From Chiloscyllium plagiosum (lineage: Eukaryota), in NCBI RefSeq assembly GCF_004010195.1, contig NC_057718.1, forward strand, positions 23,073,533 to 23,135,340: a stretch of DNA of 61,808 nucleotides, in the 5' to 3' direction. A program made the translations under genes and the position numbers. How positions within the stretch are numbered: position 1 is the first letter of the stretch; every line of letters begins with the position of its first letter. The notes beneath the pieces are model-generated. The model searched no databases. It saw nothing but the letters and a program-made list of their open reading frames with translations, and was not told where the DNA came from. Below, in pieces: positions 36,288-48,693 of the stretch.

Positions 36288-36590
36288 CAGCATGATGGCG
36301 CAGTGGTTAGCACTATTGCCTCACAGCACCAGGGACCTGGATTTGATTCCAGCCTCAGGTGATTGTCTGTGTGGAGTTTGCATGTTCTCCCTGTGTCTGT
36401 GTGGGTTTCCTGTGCAGGTTAAGTGAATTGGCCATGCTAAATTGTTTATAGTGTTCAGTCATGTGTAGGTTAGGTGCATTAGTCAGCGGTAAACGTAGGG
36501 TAAGGGAATGAGTCTGGGTGGGTTATGCTTCAGAGGGTAGGTGTGGACTTATTGGGCTAAATGGCCTTCCAACCTGTAGGGATTCCATGA
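36288..36590 (+). mobile_element. HE1-type V-SINE
   Basis: A box TGGCGCAGTGG, decayed B box, V-domain CTGTGTGGAGTTTGCATGTTCTCCCTGTGTCTG, CR1-like 3' end. Confidence 0.9.
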
Positions 36591-37184
36591 TTAACTAAAA
36601 TATTCAGTGCAGAACCAATGATAACAGTGGAAAAGCTTAAAGATAGTCATTCATAAAGTTTATTAAATTACCTGATCTTACTACAACTCTATTAAGTTGC
36701 CAATCAACCATACTTTTAAAGTATGAGTAGCAGAAGATTTTTATCCTTTATTGTCCTGTAAAAAGAAATGTTGAATAATTGAAAATAGATCTAAAAAAAA
36801 GCTATTAATCATGCAAAATGTCACTTTCTGCAACTATTTCAACAGTCAAATGAACATCTAACTTCTCAGCCATTCCTTCTTAAGCTGCTTCAATGGAGAG
36901 CCCAGATAGCTACTGTTTCGTTAAAACAATTGAGCTGCATGGAAAACATTATTTGGTTTTATAATTGACAGAATGGACCTTCCAATGTTTAATGACATAA
37001 AATGAAGAGGTGTCAAGGACTTACCATTTCTCTGACCAATGTTTTAAAGGCTCTGAATGGTTGAGACTTTTCTAAGGCCATAGTTAAAACAGTTTTTCTT
37101 AAGAAAGTGGCGAATTATGAATGAATGATCTTTTTCAGGCTTTATTTCACACATTTTATTGTTACAGTAGGATTTGTTGTTTGA

Positions 37185-38266
37185 AAATTGAGAAGATTAC
37201 ATATGAGAATAATTGAAATAATAATATCAAAGAAGATTGCAAGAGTTTTCTTCGATAGCTAAAACATAAGAGAGAGGCAAAAGTGGACATTGGACCATTT
37301 GAAAATGAGTCTGGAGAAGTAGTAATGGGGAACAAAGAAATTGTGGAGAAACTGAGTATGTACTTTGCATCAGTTTTCACAGTGGAAGACATCAGTAGTA
37401 TACTAGAATTTCAAGAGAGTTGGGGGCAGAGGTAAGTCTACTGGCCATCATCATGGAGCAGTTTCTGGGGAACCTGAAATGTCTGAGGGTGAATAAATCA
37501 CCCAGACTGGATGGACAACATCTCAGAGATCTGAAGGTGACAGCTGATTAGATTGTAGAGTCATTGATGGTGATCTTTCAGGAATCACTGGAGTCACTGA
37601 GAATCCCAAAGGATTGGAAAATGGCTAACCTAGCACCCCTGTTTAAGAAGAGAGGGAGGCAGAAGACAGGAATTTATAGGCCAGTTAGGCTGACCTTGGT
37701 CATTGGTAGATTTTAGAATCTATTATTAAGGATGAGAGTATTTGGAAGTGCATGGTAAAATAGGGCTGAGTCAGCACAGCTTCGTCATGCCTGACAAATG
37801 TGTTAGAATTCTTTGAGGAGATAATGAGCAAATTAGACAGAGGAGAACCAGTGGATGTGATCTTTTTGGATTTCCAGAAGGCTCCTGACAAGGTGCTGCA
37901 AAGGAGGTGAGTAAATAAGATAAGACCCCCATGGGGAAAGGTACTGGTGTGAATTGAGGATTGGCTAACTGGTAGAAGGCAGAGAGTGGAGATAGAGGAG
38001 TCCTTTTCAGAATGGCAACCAGTGTCTAGTGGAGTTCCACAGGGGTCAGTGTTGGAACAATAACTATTCATGTTAAATATTAGTGATCTGAGCAAAGGAA
38101 TTGAGGGCATTGTTTCTTAGTTTGCAGTTGATACAAAGATAGCTGGAGGGACAGGTAGTGTTGAGGAAGTGGGCAGGCTGCAGAAGAACGTGGACAGGCT
38201 AAGTGACTGGGCAAAGAAGTGGCAGATGGAATACAATGTGGAGAAGTGTGAGATTATCCAGTTGGT
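37185..38266 (+). mobile_element. CR1 ORF2 RT fragment
   Basis: WKMANLAPLFKKRGRQKTG, VDVIFLDFQKA, SGVPQGSVLE, FAVDTK. Confidence 0.92.
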
Positions 38267-38939
38267 TAGCGTTTGACTTCAGTTCAGAAATGAGAAAAGT
38301 TCAATCTCAGCTGGAGAGTCAGGTTCTTCAGTTTAGTTCAGAGGAAGCAGTCACCCTAGCCAAAGATTTCTTTTCATGAAGTTTCCAAGCCAGGAGAGTT
38401 TGTATCAAAGTATTAAAGCTTTTAGAATTGAACAAAAAATGTTTAGGCCATCAGAATTGTGAGAAGACCTCGCCAGCGAACTTAGAAAGGAATCATAAAA
38501 CTGCCTCAGCAATCTAAGGAAATTGGAACTGGGAAGCCAGCAAGTGTCAGACAATTGAGCATTAAGAAGTTGAGTGATAGGAGTGAAATGTCTGTCTGGA
38601 TTTAAGTACTTGCAAAAGAATAGAATTGCAAAACAAGTTGAAGGTTAATTTTACTGTTTTTGTTAAGATCTATCTCATTCTTTTCATATATATTATGTAT
38701 ATATATATATATATATACATAATATATATATAGTTTTACTTTGTGTAACTTATTATCAAACAACATTTTCATCCTTACGTGAATATGTTTTGATGACTGT
38801 TACCATAGTAAACAGCTGCTAAATTAAATGTATGATCTATCAAGCCAGGTTTCATACTGACATCTGTTACCATTAGCCAAGGTTATAATACACGATGCTC
38901 TCCCAGTCTGCTGTTACTTGTTGTTTGACATGTAAATGG

Positions 38940-39210
38940 ACATTGGTGTGAGATATAAAGTGATTTGCAAAAGAAGTCAGGCTGAAGTGATGAAATCTTT
39001 TATCACTAGTGAATTGCTATGGTATGGAATATACTCCCTGAAAGTATGGTGGAGGCAGATTCATTTGAGGTATTCAAGAGGATATTGATGTTATTTGGAT
39101 GAAATCCATATGCAAGGATATGGAGAAAAATCAGGAGATTGGCACGAGGTAATGATACATGTTTTATGAACTGGTACAGGCACAATGGGCCAAATCACCT
39201 GCTTCTGTGA
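38940..39210 (+). mobile_element. Old CR1 3' fragment
   Basis: WNILPESMVEADSFEVFKR; 3' end GGCACAATGGGCCAAATCACCTGCTTCTG. Confidence 0.7.
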
Positions 39211-39214
39211 CATA

Positions 39215-39451
39215 CGCACGGTGTCACAGTGGTTAGCACTGCTACCTCTCAGCGCCAGAGACCTAGGTTCAATTCCCACCTCAGGCGACTGTCTGTGTGG
39301 AGTTTGCACATTCTCCGGAGTGAAATGTCTGTCTGGATTTAAGTACTTGCAAAAGAATAGAATTGCAAAACAAGTTGAAGGTTCATTTTACTGTTTTTGT
39401 TAAGATCTATCTCATTCTTTTCATATATATTATGTATCTAATCTAATCTAA
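39215..39451 (+). mobile_element. HE1-type SINE whose interior is replaced by a copy of 38580..38700
   Basis: SINE head to 39316, then 39317..39437 equals 38580..38700 (one mismatch), then a CTAATCTAATCTAA tail. Confidence 0.9.
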
Positions 39452-39504
39452 ATAATACTTCTGTGATAAGAGACTTGCTAAGAGTCATGGCTGTGTGAGT
39501 CACT

Positions 39505-39958
39505 GTCCTTGGGAGAGAGGAAGTATGAAGAGATATAAAAATAGATTCAGTTTTTTTTTACTGGAGTGTAGGAAGTTGAGGGATGACTTATTGAGGTTCA
39601 TAAAACCATGAGGGGTATGGATAAGGTGAATGACAAGTGTCTTTTCCCAAGGATGGGAGATTTCAAAACTAGGGAGCATATTTTTAAGATGAGTGGAGAA
39701 ATATTTAAAAAGCACGTGAGAAGCAACCTTTTTATACAGAGAGTGGTTCATGTGTGGAATGAACTGTCAGAGGAAGTGGTGGATGCAGGTACAGTTACAA
39801 TATTTAAGAAATATTTGGATAAGCACATGTACAGGAAAGATTTGGAGGGACATAAGCCAAGCGCAGGCAGGTGGGACTAGTTTAGTTTGGGAACATGGTC
39901 AGTGTTGATTGGTTGTATCAAAGGGTCTGTTTTCATGCTGTATGATGTGATGACTCTC
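39505..39958 (+). mobile_element. CR1 3' fragment
   Basis: MRGMDKVNDKCLFP...FIQRVVHVWNELSEEVVDAG...AGRWD. Confidence 0.92.
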
Positions 39959-41921
39959 TATGTAGGTTTACAATTAATGGGAATATTGACACTCTGTAAA
40001 CAAGATTAGGACTGCATTTTCATTCTGGAGTCTAGAACCTGGTATAATTTCCTGATCCTAACCGATATTTCAATGACTGATGTGGATATGATTTGTAACG
40101 GTCCTAGTTTTTCAGATACAATATTGATGCTCAATTAAGGATGTCAGGAACCTCGAGGTGGAGTTGGACCATGTGACAGAGGGAAGATTTGAGAAGTAAA
40201 ATGGCAGCCATTACTGCTGGCCTTGCCTGAATGGATGGAGATGGTAGGGACGAAGGCCAGCGGTCTCCCAGCTTATACAAGATCACAACTACCTATTCTT
40301 CAAGTAGGTAGTTTGCTCAAGTGATAGCAAATTTGTACCGCTGCTTGAGTATCTCAGTTTAGCTACTCCTTGTTTAAGTATGATTTTTTTAATCAGCAGT
40401 CACTATGAATAAAAGCTCCCCGCTGTTCTCCTAACAATATGCCCTCATCCATTAGTACTCTCACAAATAACACCGAAAATTGGATTCTATCTCTCTCCAG
40501 CTTGTTAACAAGTTCTTCAGCAAGTTTATTCAAGGGATGCAGGTTGTTACTTCTCCCAACCCCCACAACTTCCATTTATAAATTGCAAGATACGTTAGGG
40601 AGGTCTTGGAAGAATAACACACCATCTGATAACACATGATATTCAATGCACACTTAAACCTGACTTCAGCTCCTTAGGTGATTGGAAGTCCAACCCCAAT
40701 TCTACAAGCTGAGGCAATTTGGGCATAGTGCACATGTAAATGTTTTTGGCTTGTCCATGCCATTAATCTGGGTTAAAATAAACAAGCAACTGATTCTGTT
40801 AGAATAGCTCAGACAGGTACTATGTTTGTCCTCACAACCACAGACAAAAAAAAAAGTGCTAGCCAATTACAGAATGATTAATGGATAGGAAATATCATCA
40901 AGACTCTACTGTTGGCCATTCTAGTACACAAACATTATTCTGTGTTCACATGAGATTCCACTACCTGCTATTTTAATGTTGGCCTAACCCCTTTGGAACC
41001 AACCAATTCATAAACCAATGTAAATGATGTCAAAATAATTTTCTATGGACACTGAGCTTTTTTTTGTCATTTTGAGGCTTAATTTTCAAATAAAAATATA
41101 ACATTGATGAATTGTAAGCATGACTTCAAAAATATTTCAGAGTACCCAATATTCCAAAGAAAGAGGTACTGCAGTCACTCAGGACTGGCATCATGTAAAT
41201 TCTGCAATAATTACAGTGACTGGGCTTCATTAGTTGAAAATCATTGAAAAGCACTTTTTGAAATAACTATTTTCTTTTCCTGTTTTATTATTTATTTCCC
41301 AGTGGCAAAGAAAGCCTTTCTGTATGGAGAAGCAATTTATTGCCTGTGGAAGAGTACGTGACCATACTATCAATAGATTTTGTCCATTAATTCTACAATA
41401 ACTAGACCTCAGAACAATTATACAATCTCTCCGTCACTTTATTTCATTGCAAGGGGAAAAGAAATCTGTCTAATGAATAATTGCATTAACATGTCTGTTG
41501 TCTATCTGAAATTGGAAGCCTATGTAAAAGTGCTAAATGTGAAAATGCTGTATATTTCAGAAGTCCCAGTTGTAAATGGCCTTGTCTTTGGCTCCATTTC
41601 ATTCTGTGGTGGAGTTGAGTTGGGATTGAAATTGAACCAGTCAGTTTTCTGAATAAGCTGAAAGTTGATAAATGTAGCCCATCTAAAATTCCACAGTGAT
41701 AGAACCCTGGCTACCATTGTGGCCTCCTCCCTATAGTGACATACTTCTCTTAAACTTCCCATGAGTCAGCAGAGCCATGGAAGGTCACCTGGAGATACAC
41801 ATAGGAATCAGGATGGGAAAAATATAGCTGACCATCTCTTTGCCACTTGAGACAGGATTCCCTAAATTTGGAGAACCATTGAAGTGTTCAGGTAAATTAA
41901 GTATTTGGAAAACAAGCCATC

Positions 41922-42075
41922 TTCCTTTTGATTCATTCCCATGTTGCGGTGATCATTAGCCAGGCCAGATGTTTCTCCTGTCTTTAAATGAAGTGGTGTG
42001 TCAGGCCATTTCAGAGGGCAGCTATGTGTCCACCACATTGGTGGAGGACCAGAGTCATATAGAGGCAAAACTGAC
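41922..42075 (-). mobile_element. 3' part of the 9095/22665 SINE family
   Basis: CAGAGGGCAG and GAGTCATATAGAGGC blocks are reverse complements of parts of 22865-22915. Confidence 0.55.
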
Positions 42076-42549
42076 TGAGTATTGTATCAGGTAATGGTTC
42101 TGAAATATTTAATCTTGAACTTGTATTCGCTCCACTGATAATGCAACACTGTTTTTGTGTGGAAAATTGGGCTGTTTAGTGCAAGTTCCTGATGGAGACA
42201 AACCTATCATCTCTGGCTCCTGATAGTTGTAATTATCCCTAACTAATCAGTGCTAATTGTAACTATTGCTTTCAAGCAATACCCATCCTCTTGTTAAGGC
42301 AAGTACTTCTTGATAAGAAAATTTTGTGCATTGTTGTCTATCATTGATAATTGATAATTTGTCAGGCCATCAGATTCAGCAAAGTAAAGAGGCAACAAAC
42401 TAGTCCATCCATAAGCCACCAGTAGTTTTTACCCAGTGCCCAATATAACACCCTAAAGGACGAGTGAACCAGTATGTGTATTTACAACAATATGACAACT
42501 TCAAGATCACTTTACTGATACAAATGCTTTCAGAGAATTTTGCTGTCAG

Positions 42550-42878
42550 TACAGAATCCCTGCAGTGCAGAAACAAGCCATTCAGCCCAACAAATCTGCA
42601 CCAACCCTCTGAAGAGCATCCCACCCAATCCCAGCCTTGTAAAATCACATGGGGCTTTTAGCCATGGAAAACCCACATCCCTGGACACCATGAGGCAATT
42701 TTTTTCAAAATCTACCTTACCTGCACTTCTCTGAACTGTGGGTGGAAGCCAGAGGAACCCCACACACTCACAGGGGGAATGTACATGGTCCACACAGTCC
42801 ATTACCCGAAGTTGGAATCAAACCCAGGTCACTACTGCTGTGAGGCAGCAGTACTAACCACTGAGCCACCATGCTGCC
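42550..42878 (-). mobile_element. HE1-type V-SINE
   Basis: Reverse complement GGCAGCATGGTGGCTCAGTGGTTAGTACTGCTGCCTCACAGC..GGTTTGATTCC. Confidence 0.88.
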
Positions 42879-43322
42879 TAAAGGCATGCAGGAGCACACT
42901 GTGATTCCACACCTTGGGCTGTTGGTCTGTTCATGGACTTTGTACTTTCTCAGTCTATGTGTTGGGTATGTAAAGTTGCACTCTTTGAGGCTGCCCAGTT
43001 TTTGTTGAGTCCCTGCTGTATAAGTCTCTGGCATCCCTTGTTCATCCTTATCTGAGAGTAAGGCTCTCATGAAATCTTCAGGCCTTGAAAACTCTTTACT
43101 TATATTTAGATACATGCATTTACTCTGGTGCTGTGTCTCCTGCTTTGTTAAATGTTTCTCTTGAGACTCTTTTGTGGCCTCCTGTGCTGTCGTCTGCTCA
43201 AGTCAGAGCAGCATTGCCATCAGCAGTACTTCCATATTTCATTATAACGGAACCAGCTTTTGTTAAAAACTATATTCGAATGATCAAAGTACTGGGATAT
43301 GAAATGAACTCAAATGTTTATT

Positions 43323-43515
43323 CGGCGATATTGAGGACTGCAGATGCTGGAGATCAGAGTCGAGAGTGTGGTGTTGGAAAAGCACAGCAGGTCAGGCAGC
43401 ATCCGAGGAGCAGGAGAATCGACGTTTCAGGAATGCTGATGAAGCGCTTTTGTCCGAAATGTCGATTTTCCTGCTCCTCGGATGCTGCCTGACCTGCTGT
43501 CACACTCTCGACTCT
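43323..43515. mobile_element. PLE family A fold-back with 10-bp TSD; hammerhead remnant at the apex
   Basis: Near-perfect inverted arms (about 43356..43428 and 43455..43515); CTGATGAAGCGCTTTTGTCCGAAATGTC; TSD AATGTTTATT at 43313..43322 and 43516..43525. Confidence 0.9.
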
Positions 43516-43630
43516 AATGTTTATTACTCAAGGATTCTCAGGTGACTAACTTAATGACAAGTCCACTGTACTGCCCTACTCTTGTGTTCTTAGTATTTTC
43601 AAAAGATTTGAAACAAAAAAATTCTCATGC

Positions 43631-44364
43631 TGTTATGACATGGGGTAGACCCTCCAGCAACACAGATTTATCCCACGCAGTAATCTGTAAAAATTCAATA
43701 GGGCAAGAACAAGTTAAAGTAAAAATTAACAACTTTATTTCTTACAATATAAGAGAATAATTAACTTATAACTATTTACATGTGCTTGCTCTAACCTACC
43801 TTTTACCTTCCCTTCTACAATACTAGTCCAATAAAACTCCCGATTATGATTTACAAAACAAATCTTCTTATCTCAAAATCAGGCAGCTTTTGGTTCTCCA
43901 ATTGGATCTTTGTGTCTTCTTTTCTTCTTCTTGGAAAATCTGTGTCACAGGTTACTGATCGGTAAAGGTAATTTTAAGAGAGCTAATTTTCAGGCAGTCT
44001 GTTTACATGCTGGGGCTTGGCAGTTTCCCCAGTCTTGTACCCCAGAGCATCAGATTGTGTCATTGGCTTTTAAGCTTGTCAATATATTCAATTCAAACTG
44101 GATTGGAGTTTGGTATTTTTCAGGGTATAATTTAAACTGATTAGCCTAATTCAATTTTTTTTTTTGTCATTTCCAGGCAACCAGCTACTCCAGTATACTC
44201 AATCCAGTTTGAATTGAGAATATTAACAATCTTAAGAGCCAATGACACAATCCGATGTGTACTCCAGTAGCTGGAGCACATACTACATTGTGTCTTATCG
44301 AAAGCACTCCTTGCTGTCACTTTTAATTCTCTTAAAGGTACAGTACATTCACATCTTTATAACA
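43631..44364 (-). repeat. 3' LTR (734 bp) of the Gmr1-type element, with polypurine tract at 44365..44375
   Basis: Termini TGTTAT...ATAACA; the minus strand reads AAGGGGGGAGG immediately before TGTTAT. Confidence 0.9.
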
Positions 44365-44539
44365 CCTCCCCCCTTAAGAAAAAAATGAACCATCATAATG
44401 GAAAGATGGCTTCTTTTTATTCTCTATTTTTTAAACACATTATCCTATTGTACAGATAACTTTAATATAACTTCACCCTCATGTCTTCCCATAAACAACA
44501 TTCAATAAAGACAAATCTCATTTAAATTCTGCCAGTTAA

Positions 44540-45944
44540 ATCTGCAATAACGCATCTGCAATTACATTCTTCCCGAACCGCAACATGTATGATTTTTAAA
44601 TTAAAATCTGTAACATAAGACTCAAACAAAATAGTCTCATATTTTTATCATTAAAACATTCTAAAAATGTAAGCAGATTGTAATCTGTGTACACAACCGT
44701 TTCTGACACATTATTCAGGACATACACATTAAAATGTTGTCAGGCCAGTACCAACCTCAAAAATTCCTTTTCGATTGTGGAGTATTTCCTCTGGTGAATG
44801 TTGATCTTCTTCGAAAAGTAACCAACTGGCAGCTCAATCCCATCCTCATCTTCCTGTAGGAGTACAGCTCCAACTCCCATGTCACTAGTGTCGATGGTGA
44901 CTTTAAAAGGTTTTGAGACGTTTGGTGTAGCTAAAACTGGTTTGGTGGTTAATATTGATTTCAAATGGTCGAATACCTCCTGGCATGGTTCTGTCCACCA
45001 AAGCTTTGTGTTCTTCTTCAGCAAATTGGTTAACGGTGCCCACTACACTGCTGACGTTTGGAACAAACTTCGATAGAATCCACTGAGTCCTAAGAATCAA
45101 AGCACCACTTTCCTTGAGGTTGGTCATGGAAATTCCTCAATGGCCTTTATCTTTGCATTCCGTGGGGTCAACCTTCCATGATCGATGTTATGTCCCAAGA
45201 GCATCACCTCTACTTTCGTGAATTCAGTTTTATTTAAGTTTATCACCAGTTTTGTTTCTTGCAGTCATTCGAAGAGTTCTGCCAACTGTACCATGTGATC
45301 TTTCCAGGACTTACTAAAGATCAGCACACCGTCCAAATAGACTGCACAGTTTGCTAACCCAGCCACAACTCTGTTCATGAGTCTTTGGAATGTGGCGGAT
45401 GTGTTCTTCATTACAAAGGGCATCACTTTAAACTAATCTAGCCCATTTGGGGTTACAAACACAGAAACCTCTTTCATCAACTCTGATAAAGGTACCTGCC
45501 AGCAGCTACTCATTAAGTCAAACTTAGTGATGTAACTGGCTTGTCTGACTTTCTCGATACAGTCTTCCAATCTAGGAATTAGATATGAGTCCGATTTTGT
45601 AATGGCGTTGGCCTTCTAATAATCCACACAGAATTGTTGAGTCCTGTCCAGTTTACGAACTAAGAACTTGGGCGAATTCCACTCGCTCTGGCTTGGTTCG
45701 ATGATGTCCTCGTTGAGCATGGCCTACACCTCCATCTGGCCTGTCTGGCTTTAATATGATTAAGCCGATAGGGGTGTTGTTTTATCGGGGCAGTATTCCC
45801 TACGTTTACTTCATGTACAACAGCATTAGTCCTCCCCATCTGATTCTTACATATATCCTTATATTGCTGTAACAAATCTTTGAACTGCGTTCTATGCTTC
45901 TGAGGCAGATAGCTTACTAACCTATCCCACTCCTCAAGGCCTTC
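44540..45944 (-). pseudogene. Gypsy reverse transcriptase and RNase H (disrupted)
   Basis: APIKQHPYRLN, AVYLDGVLIFS, PFKVTIDTSDMGVGAVLLQED...PVGYFSKK...YSTIEKE. Confidence 0.92.
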
Positions 45945-48693
45945 GCTGTCCTTGAGACTACATGGTTTCAAGACCCCCCCTTCCTAGCTTACTCCGAACA
46001 AATGTACAATCTCTGGAGAACAAGATGGACGAACTCAGATCACGACTCAGCTTCCAGCATGAACTGTGGGACGGCTGTGCACTCTGTTTCTCAGAAACCT
46101 GGCTCAACCCATCCATTCATGACTGTGCACTTCGGGCTGATGGTTTTCCTAGCCATCATATTGACCGCACAGTGCCCTCAGGTGGAGGAGTTTGCTTTTT
46201 TACTCAACAACCTATGGCGCACGGACGTTGCAACCCTGGGCAGCCATTGCTCCCCAAATCTTGAATTCTTCACCATCAAATGACGCCCCTTCCATCTATC
46301 ACAGGAATTTACCACTGCTATACTAACTGCTGTGTACATACCGCCACAAATAAAGGTTGAGGAAGCTCTGGATGTGCTGTACTCCACCACTGTCACCCTG
46401 GAGACGGAACACCACAAGGCCCTGTTTACTGTGACTGGTGACTTCAATCAAGCCAATCTAAGGAAGGTGTTGCCCAAGTACCACCAGAGCATTACCTGCC
46501 CCACCAGGGACCTGAACATCTTAGACCACTGCTACACCACTGCGAAAGATGCCTACGCTCCTTCCCCTGCCCTCATTTCGGAAACTCTGACCACAATGCT
46601 GTGTTTCTTCTCCCGGCTTACAGGCAAAAGCTCAAACAAGAGACCCTCTCGTGGATACAGGCCCAGTGCTGGTTGGAGGAGGTAGAGGATCAACTCCGGT
46701 GCTGTCTGGAATCGGCTGATTGGGCCATGTTCAAACAGTCCGCAGGTACCTTGGACGAGTACGCCACCACTGTCACAGCCTTTATCAGCAAGTGTGTGGA
46801 GGACCGCATACCGAGGAAGTCAATCTGGGTGTTCCCCAACAGGAAACCCTGGATGAATCATGACATACAGAACTTGCTAAAATTCAGGCGTGAGGACTTC
46901 AGATCAGGAGACCCGCTCAAATATAAGGAATCCAGGTATGACCTTTGCAGAGCCACTAAGACAGCCAAGGACCAATACTGATCCAAATTACAGACCCAGA
47001 CAGACACCCGGCAACTATGGCAAGGACTGAGTGACATCACAGGTTCTAAAAAGAGACAGTGCAGGATAGCAGACAATGACACATCCCTCCCAGATCGTCT
47101 CAATGTCGTCTATTTTCACTTTGAGCAGAATTCCGGCGGACAAGTAGTACCTATTCCGACAAGTCCTGACGAACCGATCCCAACAGTCATTGCATCAGAG
47201 GTCAGATCAGTTTTCCTTTGTGTGGATCCAAGGAAAGCGATAGGGCCAGACAGAGTACCAGGCCGTGCACTCAGGGCATGCGCAGATTTACTGGCAGAGG
47301 TCTTCTTGGATATCTTCAACCTCTCCCTGCAGCAAGCCACTGTCCCTGCCCGTTTGAAGAGGGCCAACATCATCCCCGTGCCTAAGAAGGCTCGTGCAGC
47401 ATGTCTCAATGACTACCATCCAGTGGCCCTAACTTTGGTGGGCATGAAGTGCTTTGAAAGGCTGGTAATGGCATTAATCAACTCCAGCCTCCGCACTACT
47501 CTTGACCCACTCCAATTTGCTATCGGACCAACAGATCCACGTCAGATGCCATATCACTTGCCCTTCACTTCTCCTGAGAACATCTTGACACCAAGAACAG
47601 CTATGTAAGAATCCTACAGTTCAGCCTTCAACACTATTATCCTCTTGAGACTGATTACTAAACTTAGTGATCTCGGACTAAGATCCACTCTCTGCAACTG
47701 GATCCTCAGTTTCCTGACGGACAGGCCACAATCAATGAAAACTGGGGACATTTCATTGTCACTAACACTCAACACTGAAGCCCCTCAGGGGTGCGTACTC
47801 AGCCCCCTACTGTATGCCCATGACTGTGTCACCAAATACCAGACTAATGCCATTTACAAGTTCACTGGTGACACCACCATAGTCGGTCGAATCTCAGATG
47901 ATGATGAAACCGACTACAGATGGGAAGTGGAAGACCTGGAAGAACAGTGCACTGAGAACAACCTAGCTCTCAATGCAGGCAAAACCAAGAAACTCATTAT
48001 TGACTTTCAGCAGGATGTTACTCATGCCCCCCTTACACATTAACAGCACAGAGGTGGAACTAGTGGAGAGTGTCAAGCTCCTGGGAGTGGTCATCCACAA
48101 CAAGCTTTCTTGGACTCTTCATGTGGATGCACTGGTTACAAATGCCCAGTAACATCTCTTCTTCCTCAAGCAGCTGAGGAAATTTGACAGGACAGCGAAT
48201 ATCTTTGCCCACTTTTATGGGTGCACCATCAAGAGCATTCTGTCTGGATGCATCACTACCTGGAATGGCAACTGTACCATTCAAGATCAGAGACGGTTAC
48301 AGAGAGTGGTGAACTCGGCCAGGGCATACACAAAGGCCAACCTCCCATCTATAGGATCCATCTACCAGTCCCGCTGTCAAGGAAAGGCCACCAGCATTCT
48401 TAAAGATCCATCCCGCCCTGACAATGTTTTCCTACAACCTCTACCATCGGGGAGAAGGTATAGAAGCCTGAACACACGCACCAGCTGGATTTGTAACAGT
48501 TTCTACCCTACTGTTATTAGAATACTGAATGGACTCTCAAACTCTTAGCATTCGCCTGTAACTGTGTTTTGGTTTTTGCTACTGTTTACTTATTATTTAC
48601 TTATCTATGCTACTTAACAATATGATCTGCCTGTATTGCTTGTAAGACATGTGACAATAAAATCAATTCAATTCAATTTAATTCAATTCAATT
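45945..48693 (+). mobile_element. Rex1/Babar-type LINE, nearly complete APE and RT (disrupted), inserted in the Gypsy element
   Basis: [78 protein letters not shown]; (CAATT)n tail; possible CTTC TSD at 45941..45944 and 48694..48697. Confidence 0.92.

Noticed and set aside
38270..38892. Possible additional LTR fragment (also 23690..24045)
   Set aside because: Ends in ACA and looks LTR-like, but I could not find a matching 5' TG boundary or TSD.
40393..40575. Protein-looking 60-aa ORF (LHPLNKLAEELVNKLERD...)
   Set aside because: No recognisable family, no convincing splice sites, and a length expected by chance.
43323..43515. DNA-transposon MITE or pre-miRNA interpretation of the hairpins
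   Set aside because: The arms are PLE pLTRs that also occur singly; TSD lengths and junctions vary and the termini are asymmetric.
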